Notes under the pieces: model-generated
Seen by the model: only the letters and a program-made list of their open reading frames with translations
What the model was told of the DNA's origin: nothing
Database searches by the model: none
Position numbers and translations under genes: made by a program
Source of the DNA: Octopus vulgaris
Lineage: Eukaryota
Direction of reading: 5' to 3'
Length of the DNA stretch: 64,000 nucleotides
NCBI GenBank assembly: GCA_951406725.2
Contig: OX597818.1
Location: 128,526,001 to 128,590,000, forward strand
Part shown: piece after piece, positions 39,050 through 52,426 of the stretch
Numbering within the stretch: the stretch's first letter is position 1
Layout of the letters: every line of letters begins with the position of its first letter

Positions 39050-40015
39050 GGGTCTGAGACATGAGCCCTAGTAAACTGCTAACTGTGTACTAAATTCATT
39101 GTGATACTGTTTGTTAACTTCCAGCATGTCGCTTGTATGGCCCTCACAAGCCATTCATTTAGCCCAAAGTTTTGGGTAGATTATAGATTAACCCTTTAGT
39201 GTTCACATTATTCTGCCAAAATTAATCCTTTTTTATCCATATTGTTTTGAACTAATCATGCATTATCTTGTAGCTATGAGATTTTGATGAGGTAGCTGTT
39301 AATTTTTCAAATGATATTGTAGGGTTGGTGTGAGAGACCAGATCTGGCCATGCTGAACATAAAACAGGCAGAATACTTTTGGCCGGATATGGCCGGTTTA
39401 AAAAGCATAGAACCCTGCCAAAAGCCTTCTCCAGATCAGCAAATTCTATATATGCAGTGGCCAACTCTCAGCCATGTGCTTCTGCAGTTGTCCCACTAAG
39501 AAGAAAACATCAGTAGTACCCCTTCCTGGCACAAAGCTGAACAGCACCTCATCTAGTCTAACTCTGTTACTGATCAGTTGTACTTCAACTCTTTCAGCGT
39601 CTCCTATGATGCAGCTGCTGATTAATATCTTATAGCTGAATCTAAAGCAGATTTAAAGAATAGATACCAGGTTTGAAAGCAAAACTTTGTATTGAGAGGC
39701 TTTAATATAAACTTTGCAGAATAAAGTTTTAATAAGTAGGAAGGAAGACAAGACCCTGCTGCTACCAGGAAAATGACACCACGTTTGATAGGCATAAAAT
39801 GAAGTAAATAGAAAATTCATATGATGTATCCCATGTAAATTGCGGATACACAAGAAGTGTAATGGAATCACAGGAAGACAAGTGAAAAAGCTAGACTACA
39901 CATGCAACTAATGCAGAGAGGAAACATATGTGAAAAAAACTACCTCAAATGCACAGATGCCTCTCCAGAATTACCTGATAGTTTTTGTTGCCTAGGTGAT
40001 TAAATTTGCAGTGGA
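39050..40015. mobile_element. Old RTE remnant with inverted 5' part (minus 39050-39600, plus 39601-40015), interrupted by a piggyBac MITE
   Basis: Minus: QLISNRVRLDEVLFSFVPGRGTTDVFFLV, FADLEKAFGRV. Plus: LIAESKADL, CIPCKLRIHKKCNGI, DSFCCLGD. Confidence 0.75.
39192..39401. mobile_element. piggyBac-type MITE copy lacking the right TIR
   Basis: Closely similar to 17676-17885. Confidence 0.85.
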
Positions 40016-40277
40016 GTGCTTGGCCGGCTGTCTAGATGGTAGGAACTTAGTAGTGTGAACAGTGAAGCTTGGAGACTGGAAAATGTTTTGATTTTGGCAG
40101 ACTCCGCAGATATGACCGTCAAAAAGTTGTGTTCTTCACCATTTTTATGGGCATTCTTGCTTCTGCTTGAACTCACATTCTTCTACTATGAACAGAATTC
40201 TTATACATTACTCAACTTTCTTTCCTGGGAGTGATCCGATTTCAGGTAATTTCTTAACAATATGATAGCTGACTAAA

Positions 40278-40514
40278 GGTAAGTTCACCACCATAAATTC
40301 ACTACTGGGAAAGTTCACCACCGCCAATTCACCATGAAGAAAGTTCACCGTGAGGAAAGTTTACTGTAAGGAAAGTTCACCATGAGGAAAGGCTTCCAAG
40401 AAAATATATCCATAGTATCTCACCATTAATAGTTAAAAACTATTTTACTGGAAAAAAAAAAGGTGAACTGAGGGTGAACTTCCTCTGCAGTGAATTGATA
40501 ACTGTAATCTTACC
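40278..40514. mobile_element. MITE-like element with ggtaag/cttacc ends and about 15-bp subterminal repeats
   Basis: Multiple aagttcacc on the left; ggtgaact in inverted orientation on the right. Confidence 0.6.
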
Positions 40515-40560
40515 AAACATGAAAACAGACAGTGGTTAGAAAACAAGAAAACAAAAGACT

Positions 40561-40777
40561 AATCCTCAGCTGCAAAAAGACAGAATTTAATTAAATTAAA
40601 ACAGATGGACACATTAGTATAATTTTACCTAAAATCTCCAAGAAGGTAAGCTGAAGTGAAGGCAGCATGTTCTTTTGTCTATCTCCTTACCTTCTTGGAG
40701 ATTATAGGTATAATTATACTAATGTGTCCATCTGTTTTAATTTTATTAAATTCTATGCCTTTATGCAACTGAGGATT
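40561..40777. repeat. Inverted repeat, arms about 90 bp, 35-nt loop
   Basis: 40561-40650 versus 40686-40777. Confidence 0.92.
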
Positions 40778-40850
40778 GCTCTGCATTTAATTTGATGTAA
40801 TGATTGCATTGTTCAATTAAATGGAGTTGCTTGAAACAATCGTACTGCAT
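40763..40850 (+). ncRNA. Candidate type I hammerhead ribozyme with long stem II
   Basis: atgcaa-CTGAGGA-[catttaatt...aattaaatg hairpin]-GAAAC-aatc-GTA-ctgcat; the base of stem II is imperfect. Confidence 0.5.
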
Positions 40851-41011
40851 TACCTCTAGATATCCTTGTTGCTTATTTTGATTTTAATCACCTTATTTTG
40901 AAATTGTATGGATAATACCGTACTAAAATCTGGTGTCTTAACTTCAGTACCATATTCATCTGAATCTATATATATATGTACATTTGGATTTATGTATGTA
41001 TATATATAAAT

Positions 41012-41063
<52 letters not shown>

Positions 41064-41094
41064 AAATATATACACACATATTTGTATGTATGTC

Positions 41095-41129
<35 letters not shown>

Positions 41130-41177
41130 GTGTATATATATATATATGTGTATATATATATATTGTGTGTGTGTGTG

Positions 41178-41209
<32 letters not shown>

Positions 41210-42069
41210 GGAGTTTACGAGAGGTAATGGTGTCACTGAGACCCAAAGGTGTCAGGTAATGCTGAATAAGTGCTATAGAGAGACCATAGTTAAGTTCCAG
41301 GTTGGGTGATTATGCAAATAAGGGGTTCATATATATATATATATGGATATATATTATGGATATATATATATTATATTATAACATACACACGCACGCGCAC
41401 CTTCGTTTTGGGATCACCACTACTTTATTATCTCCCCTTCTTCCTAGCTCTCCTGTCTGACCACTTCCATCCAGCCACTATGGCCTTTTTTATTCTCTCT
41501 CGTTTATTTTCTTGTGTTCCTTTCTGTTGAAGAGCATAGGCTCGAAACAAAAAAGACTTTCTCACCTTCCAGAGTGTTAAATTAATACACCTGTCTTCGT
41601 CTTTTGTATTTTTTTGAAAATTCCAACTATTATATTAGCCTCAGTCTAACTTCAGCCTCGCGGTAGCGCGGCGGAGGCGCGGGCGAAGGCGGAGGCGCGG
41701 GCGAAGGCGGAGGTGCGGCCCGCTTTGCGAGTGGATTTCGTACACGGAAACCAAAAGAAAACTGTCATTTTTATGTATATATTTGTGTTTGTATCTGTCT
41801 GTACACTAACCAGTGCTTGACAACCAAGGTTGCTGAGTTTACATTCCCATAACTTAGCGGTTCAGCAAAAAACACTGATAGAATAAATACTAGGCTTACA
41901 AAGAATAAATCCTGTGGTCAATTTGTTCGACCAAAAGTGGAGCTCCAGCATAGCTGCAGTCACATGAGTGAAACAAGTAAATCAATAAAAAATCTATTCC
42001 ATTTTAATCCCAAGCAAGGCTGGGTATCTCTGCTAGTGATTGTTACATTTATCTTATAATGCTATATTT

Positions 42070-42448
42070 CTGAGATGAGGAATTTATATTATATATATAT
42101 ATATTGTTTATATTAGTCAAACTAGTGTCCTCATCATGATTGTTACTTTCACAATGCTTTGGCTGTTGTACACTTCAGCCTTCTTCAAGTGTCTTATGTT
42201 GAACTCAGCTCTCATATTGGAATTTTGAACTTAACTCTTTATTAGTTCTACAGGGGTACCCAGATTTTGGTTTCTGTTTACTGAAATTCACCAAATGGAG
42301 AGAGTAAAATGAGAACAGTGCATCCTTGTGGCTCAAACAAAGTGTTAGGTTTGAAATCCTAGTACAACATCCAAGTTCCACACAAGACACCTAAAGATGT
42401 CTGGAACATATAACAGCTGAAACATAGTGAAAGCAACAATCAATACAA

Positions 42449-42454
<6 letters not shown>
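42070..42454. mobile_element. Diverged inverted dimer related to the tail of 37182-37950
   Basis: 42125-42205 versus 42374-42454; consensus gacacCTGAAGAaggctg...cagccGAAAcattgtg; shares the terminal cctcatctc motif. Confidence 0.65.
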
Positions 42455-42483
<29 letters not shown>

Positions 42484-43629
42484 GTATGAGGAGGGATATA
42501 ATATCCAGGCATATACCAGATTTCTTTATGTAAAATGCCAATGCTAGTTCCCTCAGACAGTATATTTTATGGTAAACTTTCTATAAACAGGATGCAATGG
42601 GTAAATTGTCATAATTTTATATTTTTAATTTCATGCATGTGCAGTGTTTGTTTTTGATTTTGTCGACTACACAGTGTGGTAGGGTCAGTTGGGTACTGTT
42701 TGTGAGAAAAATAGCATTATGATGCAATTCACTCTGACAGAAATTTGGCAACGACATACTGCATTACTTGGCATTTGCACTAGAAGCTCCAATACAAACA
42801 TTTCAGTGTTTGGGTGTCAACACAAGAACAGTGCAAGGGATTTGGAAAGAGTTAGATGAGTCTAATGGTGCTTACGAACGTACGGCAGTTGAGAAAATTC
42901 ACTCTCATCATTCCTGAATTTGTTGGCGAGATCCAGGCCATGATTGCAATTTGGTTCAGTCCTACCATATGGCACCTTGGGCAAGTATCTTCTCACATAG
43001 CTTTGGGCTGACCAAAGCCTTGTGAGTGGATTTGGTAGATGGAAACTGAAAAGAAGCCCATTGTGTGTGTGTGTGACAACTGGTATTGCTGTGTTTACAT
43101 CCCCATAACTCAGTGGTTCAGCAAAAGAGACTGATAGATTAAGTAGCAAACTTTAAAAAAATTAATACTGGAGCAAGTTCATTTGACTAAATTTCTTCAA
43201 GGTAATGCTTCAGCATATATTTATATTTATATCATCATCATCATTGCTTAACGTCCGTTTTCCCTACTGGCATGAGTTGGATGGTTTGACGCTCTGTCAA
43301 CGATCACACTCGTATGGTGCTCTTTGCACCCCACTAGCACGGATGCCCCCTGCTATCTGTGTGTGTGTGTTTGCATCTGTGTGTCCCCCACCATGGCTTG
43401 ATAACTGGTGTTGGTGTGTTTACATCCTTTTAACTTAGTGGTTCGGTAAAGAGACCAAGAGAGTAAGTACCAGGCTTTAAAAAAACCCAGAAAAATAAGT
43501 AATGGGCTCAATTTATTTGACTAAAAAAGAAAAAAAAATTCAAGGTGGTGCCCCAGCATGGCGACAGTCTACTGACTGAAATGAGTAAAAAATAGATTTT
43601 TTAGTCCTTTGACTCTATGCTAGCATTTT

Positions 43630-44039
43630 AGGAGAAAACAATGCGTGGCGTTCAATCATATAATAACAATTTAATAAATAAAACATGCATACATACATAC
43701 ATATATGTACATACCTACATCTATATGTATATATACATGCATATATGAGTACAGGACACCACAAATAAATGTAGAACACGAGCTTCGAAACACGCATTGA
43801 ATCAAAACAGGGGCAGCTGATGAAGGGGAATATTCCTTGTATTGTTTGTCTTGTACTCTGTTTTTTCGTTGTTAAAAAAGTTTCCTTGTTTGATTTTATG
43901 TTTTCGTTTCTCATTGTGTTCTACGTTTATTTGTGGTGTCCTGTACTCATATATGCATGTATATATACATATAGATGTAGGTATGTACATACAGTATATG
44001 TATGTATGTATGCATATGTTTTATTTATTAAATTGTTAT

Positions 44040-44045
<6 letters not shown>
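43630..44045. mobile_element. Fold-back element of the same family as 19906-20460
   Basis: 43657-43779 is inverted relative to about 43915-44045; shared atgcgtggcgttcRatcatataataa and ctgaWgaaggggaatattccttg. Confidence 0.8.
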
Positions 44046-44094
<49 letters not shown>

Positions 44095-44347
44095 AAAGAG
44101 AGAGAGAGAAAGAAAGAGAGAGAGGGGGGAGAAAGACAGACAGATAGACAGAGAAAGAGAGTTATCTACTTGAAAGTTGGTGGCATGAATTTGTTGACAG
44201 TCACAATAAAATACAGCCAGCTGTTACAAAAAAACAACTACCATGCTTTTGGTAATTGTTTTAGGTGTTTATGTAGTTATGATCAGACATGAACTATCTC
44301 TCCATCCTCTCACTCTTGACCTGGCAGTATATCTAGAATGTAACACC

Positions 44348-44382
<35 letters not shown>

Positions 44383-45011
44383 GAGGACATCCATATCATT
44401 ACCTAGTTGGTACTCATTTATTAGCTGATTAAATTAAAGCAAGCAATATGAAACAAAGTGTCTGGTTCAAAGACAAGATGCTGTGGTCCAGGAATTGAAC
44501 CCACAACTTTTTGATCATGAGCCAGACTTCCTAACCACTAGTTGTTGATTGTTCCTTTTCGAGCCATGCCTGGCTCATAAGGGCCGGTTTCCCGGTTTCT
44601 TGGCGTATAGGTTCCCCACCTGGACAGGACGCCGGTCTGTTGCAGGTGAGCTGCAAGATGCAGGAGGAAAGAGTGAGAGAAAGTTGTGGCGAAAGAGTCA
44701 GCAGAAGTTCGCCATTACCTTCTGATGGAGCTTAGGTGTTTTCGCTCATAAACACACACATCGCCCGGTCTGATATTTGAACCCGCGGTCCCTCGACCGC
44801 GAGTTCGCTGCTCTAACCACTAGGCCATGTACTTTCAACATTTATTTATATTATAAACCCCATCTATTTATAAGTCACTTCAAAAGTGGTCATAATGCAT
44901 TTATGGGTGAAGCTTATTTATCATTTGAATTATATCTTTTTCCTATAAACCCTACAAACTAGTTTTGTGCTAATACTAAAAAGGTGTGTATAAATACATG
45001 TGTGCACATAC

Positions 45012-45156
45012 ATGTACTATCATAGTACATATCAGCAATGTTTTTGATCTAATTACTGTGATAGAATTTATATTTTTGAAGGTGAGAGGAAATATCAAGA
45101 GCAAAGCAGGAAGCTTCCTATAAACAATATTGTTCCAAGGTGGTAAATTTGAGAAC
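45012..45156 (-). CDS. Candidate host exon, mostly 5' UTR, with ATG at 45023 (MIVH)
   Basis: Strong acceptor ttcttctctgttttag|g, donor cat|gtatgt, ATG context actATGa. Confidence 0.45.
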
Positions 45157-45434
45157 CTAAAACAGAGAAGAAATAAGTGGACGATGAGTGAAAATTGAAA
45201 AACAAGAGCATTTATGGGAATTGACACTTCTAATTGCATTAACATCTTGTTTTAATATGTTCAGAAAATTTACTACCCATGCTTGTCATATAATGGTTAA
45301 TAATAGGCTAACTTTTAGACTTGATATCTGTCTGTCTGTCTGTCTGACCACGTACATATGTACCCACCTACATAATTGCCTACTACCTACCCACCTACCA
45401 ATCTACTAATGTATATATCAAGTTACCTATCAAT

Positions 45435-45830
<396 letters not shown>

Positions 45831-46609
45831 TTACCTACTTATCTACCAGTTTACCTATCTACCTAACCAATCTACCTGCATAACTACATACCTGCCTGTC
45901 TGTCTATCACAAATAAAATAAATAAACTCAGTGTATCACTGTGCAATGACTAAAGACAAAACTGAAAGTGAATGTAAAAACATGATTTGGGGCTCAATTT
46001 TATGAGATTTATTACATCGAAATAACCCACATTACATGAGCTGCCATCTTCTAAAAGATACAAGCCATTGATAAGTCCTTACACAAGTGTGTGTATGTGT
46101 ATGTGCGTGTGTGCGTGCGCATGTGTGTGTGTGCATATGTGTATGCATGTATACATACACACATACAGATATACCTGTACATGATGCACATATAGAAATA
46201 TATATAAATGTAAAAATATTTGTACAGGTGTAAGTGCATGCGTGTGTGTTTGTATGTGTGTGTGTGTGTATGTGTGTGTGTGCGCATAAAATTTTAAAAA
46301 ATTTATTCATAAACATAGCAACACAACTTAGTTGTTGATAATTCTTTGCCTTTTTTTTTTTCATTTTTCATTTTCCTATTTACTAATTGAGAATATAAAT
46401 TTCAATGGATCATTCTGATATCTTAAAGCAACAGCAATTCTGCAGCACATAGTTTGATAATACAGGTTAAATATAGATTTCAAACATGGAAAATTCTACA
46501 TATTACTGGCAACGGTTTATGTGAATGAGTTTGTGAAAATGTACATCAAAAAACCAATTAGATATTTTATGTTCAAGGAATGTTATGGAAAAGGTATTTT
46601 TTTATTTTC

Positions 46610-47660
46610 TGTCTTTTACTTGTTTCAATCATTAGGCCACGGCTATGCTGGGGCACCACATTGAAGAATCGATTGTCAAAAGAATCAACCCCAAAACATT
46701 TTTTTCTCTTTTGCTGAACTGCTAAGTTACTGGGGTGTAAATGTACAAACACCAGTTGTCAAGTGAATGGGGACAAACACACATACACACACACTCACCC
46801 CCACACACACATGTACACAAGATAGGCTTCTTTCAGTTTCTGTTTACCAAATCCACTCACAAGGCTTTGGTTGGCCCTTGGCTATAGTAGAAGACACTTG
46901 CCCAATGTGCCATGCAATGGGGCTGAACTTGAAACCATGTGGTTGAGAAGCAAGCTTCTTACCACACAGCCATACCTGAGCCTATACGCTCTCTTTTTGT
47001 TTCAGTCACTTGACTGTGGCCATGCTGGAGCACCACCTTATAGGGTTTTTTAGTCAAAGAAATTGACCTCAGGATTTATTCTTTATAGTACTTATTCTAT
47101 GGATCTGTATTGCTGAACCACTAAGTTATGGGAACATAAACACTCTAACATCGGTTGTCAAGTGATAGTGGTGGTGGTGGGGGGGAACAAACAGAAACAC
47201 AAAGACACACACATGCACATAAATATATACATATATATGCATATATATATATTACTCTTTTACTCTCTTTACTCTTTTACTTGTTTCAGTCATTTGACTG
47301 TGGCCATGCTGGAGCACCGCCTTTAGTCGAGCAACTCGACCCCGGAACTTATTCTTTGTAAGCCCAGTACTTACTCTATCGGTCTCTTTTTGCCGAACTG
47401 CTAAGTGATGGGGACGTAAACACACCAGCATTGGTTGTCAAGCAATGCTAGGGGGACAAACACAGACACACAAACATATACACACACATACACATATATA
47501 CGACAAGCTTCTTTCAGTTTCCGTCTACCAAATCCACTCACAAGGCATTGGTCAGCCCGAGGCTATAGCGGAAGACACTTGCCCAAGATGCCACACAGTG
47601 GGACTGAACCCGGAACCATGTAGTTGGTAAGCAAGCTACTTACCTTACAGCCACTCCTGC
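46610..47660 (-). mobile_element. Cluster of three SINE family A copies (46610-46975, 46990-47165, 47255-47660)
   Basis: Similarity to 35611-36015. Confidence 0.88.
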
Positions 47661-47707
47661 ACCTATATATATATATATATATATCATATATCATATATAT
47701 ATATATA

Positions 47708-48560
47708 TCATCATCATCATTTAATGTCTGTTGTCCATGCTGGCATGGGTTGGAAGGTTTGACCGAGACTGGCAAACTGGAAGGCTGCACAAGACTCCGG
47801 TCTGATTTGGCATTGTTTCTATGACTTGATGCCCTTCTTAATGCCAATCTCTCTGAGAATGTACTGGGTGCTTTTATGTGCAACCGGAATGGGTGTCATT
47901 TGCATGACATCGGTATCTGCCATGACTGTGATTTTGCTTGACTTGATGGGTCTTCTTCTCAAGCATGACATAATGCCAAAGGTTTCAGTCAGTGCCTCTA
48001 TGAGGCCCAACACTTGAAAGGAGCTCAACCACTTTGCCTCCATAAGGCCCAACACTCGAAAGGTGCTTTTTACATGCCACCAGCATCAGCCACAACTACT
48101 GATTTGATGAGTCCTCTCAAGCACAACATATTGCCAAAGGTCTTGGTCACTAGTCATTGCCTCTGTGGGGCCCAAAGTTTGAAGATTGTTCTTCACCACC
48201 TCGTCTCATGTCTTCCTGGGACTACTGTTACCACAGGTTCCCTCCACAGTTAGAGATTGGCACTTCTTTACACAGCTGTCCTTGTCCATATACATCACAT
48301 GACCTTACCAGTGCAGTTGTCTCTTTTGCACACCACATCTGATGCCTCTTATGCCTAACATGTCTCAAGACGCTTACACTCTGTCAAACATGCTCACTGA
48401 TATTGCACATCCAGCGAAGCATAGTGGCTTCATATCTTTCATGCTTATGCATGTCCTTGGCTGCCACAGCCCATGTTTCACTGCCATGTAGCATAGCTGT
48501 TCACACACAGACATCATACAATCTGCCTTTCACTGAGGAAGTGGCCCTTTGTTACCAACA
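47708..48560 (-). mobile_element. Older RTE 3' fragment
   Basis: Minus-strand GRLYDVCV*TAMLHGSETWAV...EATMLRWMCNIS; (ATC)n tail at 47708. Confidence 0.88.
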
Positions 48561-49231
48561 ATGAGTTCCTTTCAGTTTCCATCTACCAAATCCACTCACA
48601 AGGTTTTGGTTGGGCTGAAACTATAGTAGAAAACACTCGCTCAGGGTGCCATGCAGTGGGACCGAACCCAGAACTATATGGTTGGGAAGCAAGCTTCTTT
48701 CAACAAAACCATGCTGAGATGTTTTTGTCATATTTCCTTGTCAATGGCATACATCATGTTGTAAAGTTATAAGTGTACTGATAATTGGACACCACACAAA
48801 GAGAAATCAAAAAGTACACATGTTTTCTGGCAGATGTTCTGTTGAGGCTATGCCAAAGTAGATGTTAAGTGCTACCAAGAGAAAGTGAAATGGAAACAAA
48901 ATGACACATGAAACCAGAACATTCTTAGGAAAAAGTCAGGAAACTTGCATGTGTAATCACACAAAAATCAAATAAATTAATTAAGGCACTGAACAGACTG
49001 TAGGTGCTTTCCTGGAGAATAAGAAGAATCTTTTTCAGTGAATTTGATACAATGTTTTAACTAGAGAATATAGAAGTAAATGATTACCAAAATCATTTTT
49101 ATGGAAGAAAAATATTCTATGGCCACAACTGAGATGCATTTCACAATACTGTGTTCAATTTTGTGTGTGCGGGCATGTGTGCATATGTACATGCACATGT
49201 GTGTGTGTGCGCACGCACGTTTATGTATATG

Positions 49232-50520
49232 TACTGAGTTGGCCCAAAAGACTGTTTGGTTTTTGTCAGCACTAAACTACAAGCACACTAATAAGTAGCT
49301 AACTGTCTCTCATGCATGCTCACTCATAAGATACTAGAAACTTCAATGTAGTTCAACATGAGCTTGCAACAAGAGAGGTTGTATTTTGTGTGCTTGGGAT
49401 AACTTTCAAAAGGGGAAACCAAAACGAATATGCTTTTTGATTTTTAAAAAAGCAAGAAAGCAGTAAAAATCTGAAGGAAGATATGTTGTGTAATTTCAAA
49501 GATGCTGTTTTAGAACATATATGTCAAGTGATTTTCAAGATTTTGATTGGGAAATGTTACAGTCCTTGCTGTGGCTGGCCAACTAAGACTAACAGCAACA
49601 GAATGAAGGGATTTGCCAGCAGCAACCCTCCATTATATGACCAGGGTGAGCACAGATGTTTTCTAAATATCTAAATCAAGCATTGAAAATCATCTGCATT
49701 AATTTAGTTTGGTCAGCAGGTTTGATGTTTGGGTCCCACATCAATTGAATGAGGCTAACCTTGCCCAATGTTTTCCTTCTGTGATTCATTGCAGAAATGT
49801 GAAGAAAGTAACTCTTTTCAAAAGAGAATGGTGACAAGGGATGAAAAATGGAAGATCTATAACAATGTGAAGCACAAATGATTATGGGCGAAGCACACTG
49901 AACCACCACAAATAACTTCCAAAGCAGGGCTGCATCTGAAAGAGGTTATGCTTTGGTGGGATTGGAAGGCTGTTGTCTTTTATGAGCTTCCTGTGGACCG
50001 GACCTTTTATTTAGAAGTATTGGGATCAGCTGGGCCAATTAAATACAGTAACCCACCAGAAGCATTTAACACTTGCTAATCAAAAGGGCATTGCCTTTTG
50101 TCATGACAATGCCAGACTGCACACTTCTTAGCAGGCACAGCAGAATTATTGGTTTGATGAGTCCTCTCAAGCACAACATATTGCCAAAGGTATTAGTCAC
50201 TAGTCATTGCCTCTGTGAGGCCCAAAGTTTGAAGATCATTCTTCACCACCTCATCTCATGTCTTCCTGGGACTACTGTTACCACAGGTTCCCTCCACAGT
50301 TAGAGATTGGCACTTCTTTACACAGCTGTCCTTGTCCATATACATCACATGACCATACCAGTACAGTTGTCTCTTTTGTACACCACATCTGATGCCTCTT
50401 ATGCAAGATCCAACCTTGCATCTTCAGATTTCCACCCGTTTTGGTCTCTTCAAAATTCATAGAATGGATAGATCTTCAACTCTGATGTGGATCTCAAAAT
50501 TCATCTGCAAGAGTTTTTTT
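49232..50520 (+). mobile_element. Degenerate mariner element, interrupted at 50150-50404
   Basis: WVPHQL, VMLWWDWKAVVFYEL and HDNARLH motifs. Confidence 0.8.
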
Positions 50521-50537
50521 TACCAGTATATATATTA

Positions 50538-51172
50538 CTAGCAGTATCGCCCGGCGTTGCTCGGGTTTGTAAGGGAAATAACTATATAAGCATTTTTAGA
50601 GAGTTATAGCCAAAAAATAGCAAAAAATGCATTAAAAATGGAAAAAATATGATGGTAAATTTTTTTTTAAATCGTTGACTCATCGTAGACATTTTTAGAG
50701 AGTTACTTCCCTTATATAATAGCGAAAAAATGCATTAAAATGGAAAAAAAACGATGGTAAATTTTTTTTTAAATCGTACTCATGTAGACGCTTTCTTAGC
50801 CATTTCTGTTTTGGTGTCTTCAAGCCATGAAGTCGTTGTTCTAAAAGAACACTGGTCTCCTTGACAACGCATTACGACGTTGATTTCCTTACACTCCCTT
50901 CCCCACAGGTGCAGGTGTGAGCGTGGACGCCAACTCCGCCGCCATCGACACACGAAAAATTATGCATTAAAATGGAATAAAAAATGATGTTAAATTATTT
51001 TTAAAATCGTAGACTCATCGTAGACGCGCGCTAATATTCAGACGGGCTTGATATGAATCACGACTATAAGCTACCCGAATTTGGTTAAACGGTACCGCAA
51101 AATGTGGGAGTAGTTAGGAATCTAAATCGAAGGGGACAGACACTCACACAACTACAGTTTTATATATATAGA
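50538..51172 (-). mobile_element. Complete non-autonomous Helitron
   Basis: Minus strand A|TCTATATATATAAAA ... cccgagcaacgccggg hairpin ... CTAG|T; no TSD; internal direct repeats. Confidence 0.88.
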
Positions 51173-51229
51173 TATACATAGCGCAGTAGTGGTGAGATAT
51201 GACAGCAAAGAAAAGCATACATTCACTCT

Positions 51230-51607
51230 CTGCATGCAATTAGACTCGGAAAGTTCGTGAGGAACCCATTGACCCAATTTGCTGACTTTTCCGATAGCAC
51301 ACAGGTGTCAATGAATGGTTGAATGACCAAATCCAAGCTTCTCTGCTAGTTCCTCAACAGTTACGATGATATTTTGTTCCACCAGGGTTTTCAGGATGTC
51401 CTTGTCGAGTTCTACAGATCTTTCAGGATGAGGCTCGTCTTCTAGGCTGTAGTTTATGGCTCGGGATTTCTGGAACCACCATTGACACTGCCTTACGCTT
51501 TTTGTCCAATCCCCATATACTGCATTAATATTTCTTGTACTTTGCACACATTTATATTCTGTTATTCTTTTATATGTTTCAGCCTTGAGGTTGTGGCCAT
51601 GCTGGAT

Positions 51608-51608
<1 letters not shown>
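51230..51608 (-). mobile_element. mariner transposase N-terminal remnant
   Basis: WFQK...SLEDEPHPERS...TVEELAEKLGFGHSTIH and GQWVPHEL. Confidence 0.85.
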
Positions 51609-51661
<53 letters not shown>

Positions 51662-51866
51662 TATCTGTTTGTCTGTCTGTATGTATATATGTATATGTAT
51701 GTGTGTGAACAATAATATTTTCAACAGATGTGTTGCAAATGTATCTGATTGTTCTCAAGCTTCAATACTGTGTGTGTATGTGTGTATGTATGTATGTATA
51801 TGTGTGTATGTATGTATATGTATGTATGTATGTATGTGTGTATGTATGTATGTGTGTGTGTATGTA

Positions 51867-51903
<37 letters not shown>

Positions 51904-52364
51904 ATGTATGAGTGTATGTTTACTTTAATACTAATTACTCTCTTCCAAGAACATTTTCACTCACTCTTAGCTCTTAGCTTCCCATACATTTTACTCATGT
52001 ATCTATCAGCGTCATGGACAGAATACTTTCACTTTAGTCTTCCTCAAATCACTCTGTCTCTATTTACTTTCATTTTATTCGTTGCCCACTGTGTGTGTGC
52101 GTTTGCGTGTGGTGTAAACCAGACTAAGAAAAGCATTTGACACACACACCAGAATGTGAGTTTTCTGTAAATTTTGCTTAATTGGAGTTTAAATTTTAAA
52201 AACTGGACCTGGCATGACGCGATGCGTTGTACTCTTAAAATTGCTAGGTAAATTGTAATTGAAGAAATCCTATATTGTAGATTTGTATAACTCCCAAAGG
52301 GAGGCAGATAAAATCTGCCTTTTATAATAAGAGATATGGATAGATAGATAGATAAATAGATAGG

Positions 52365-52426
<62 letters not shown>

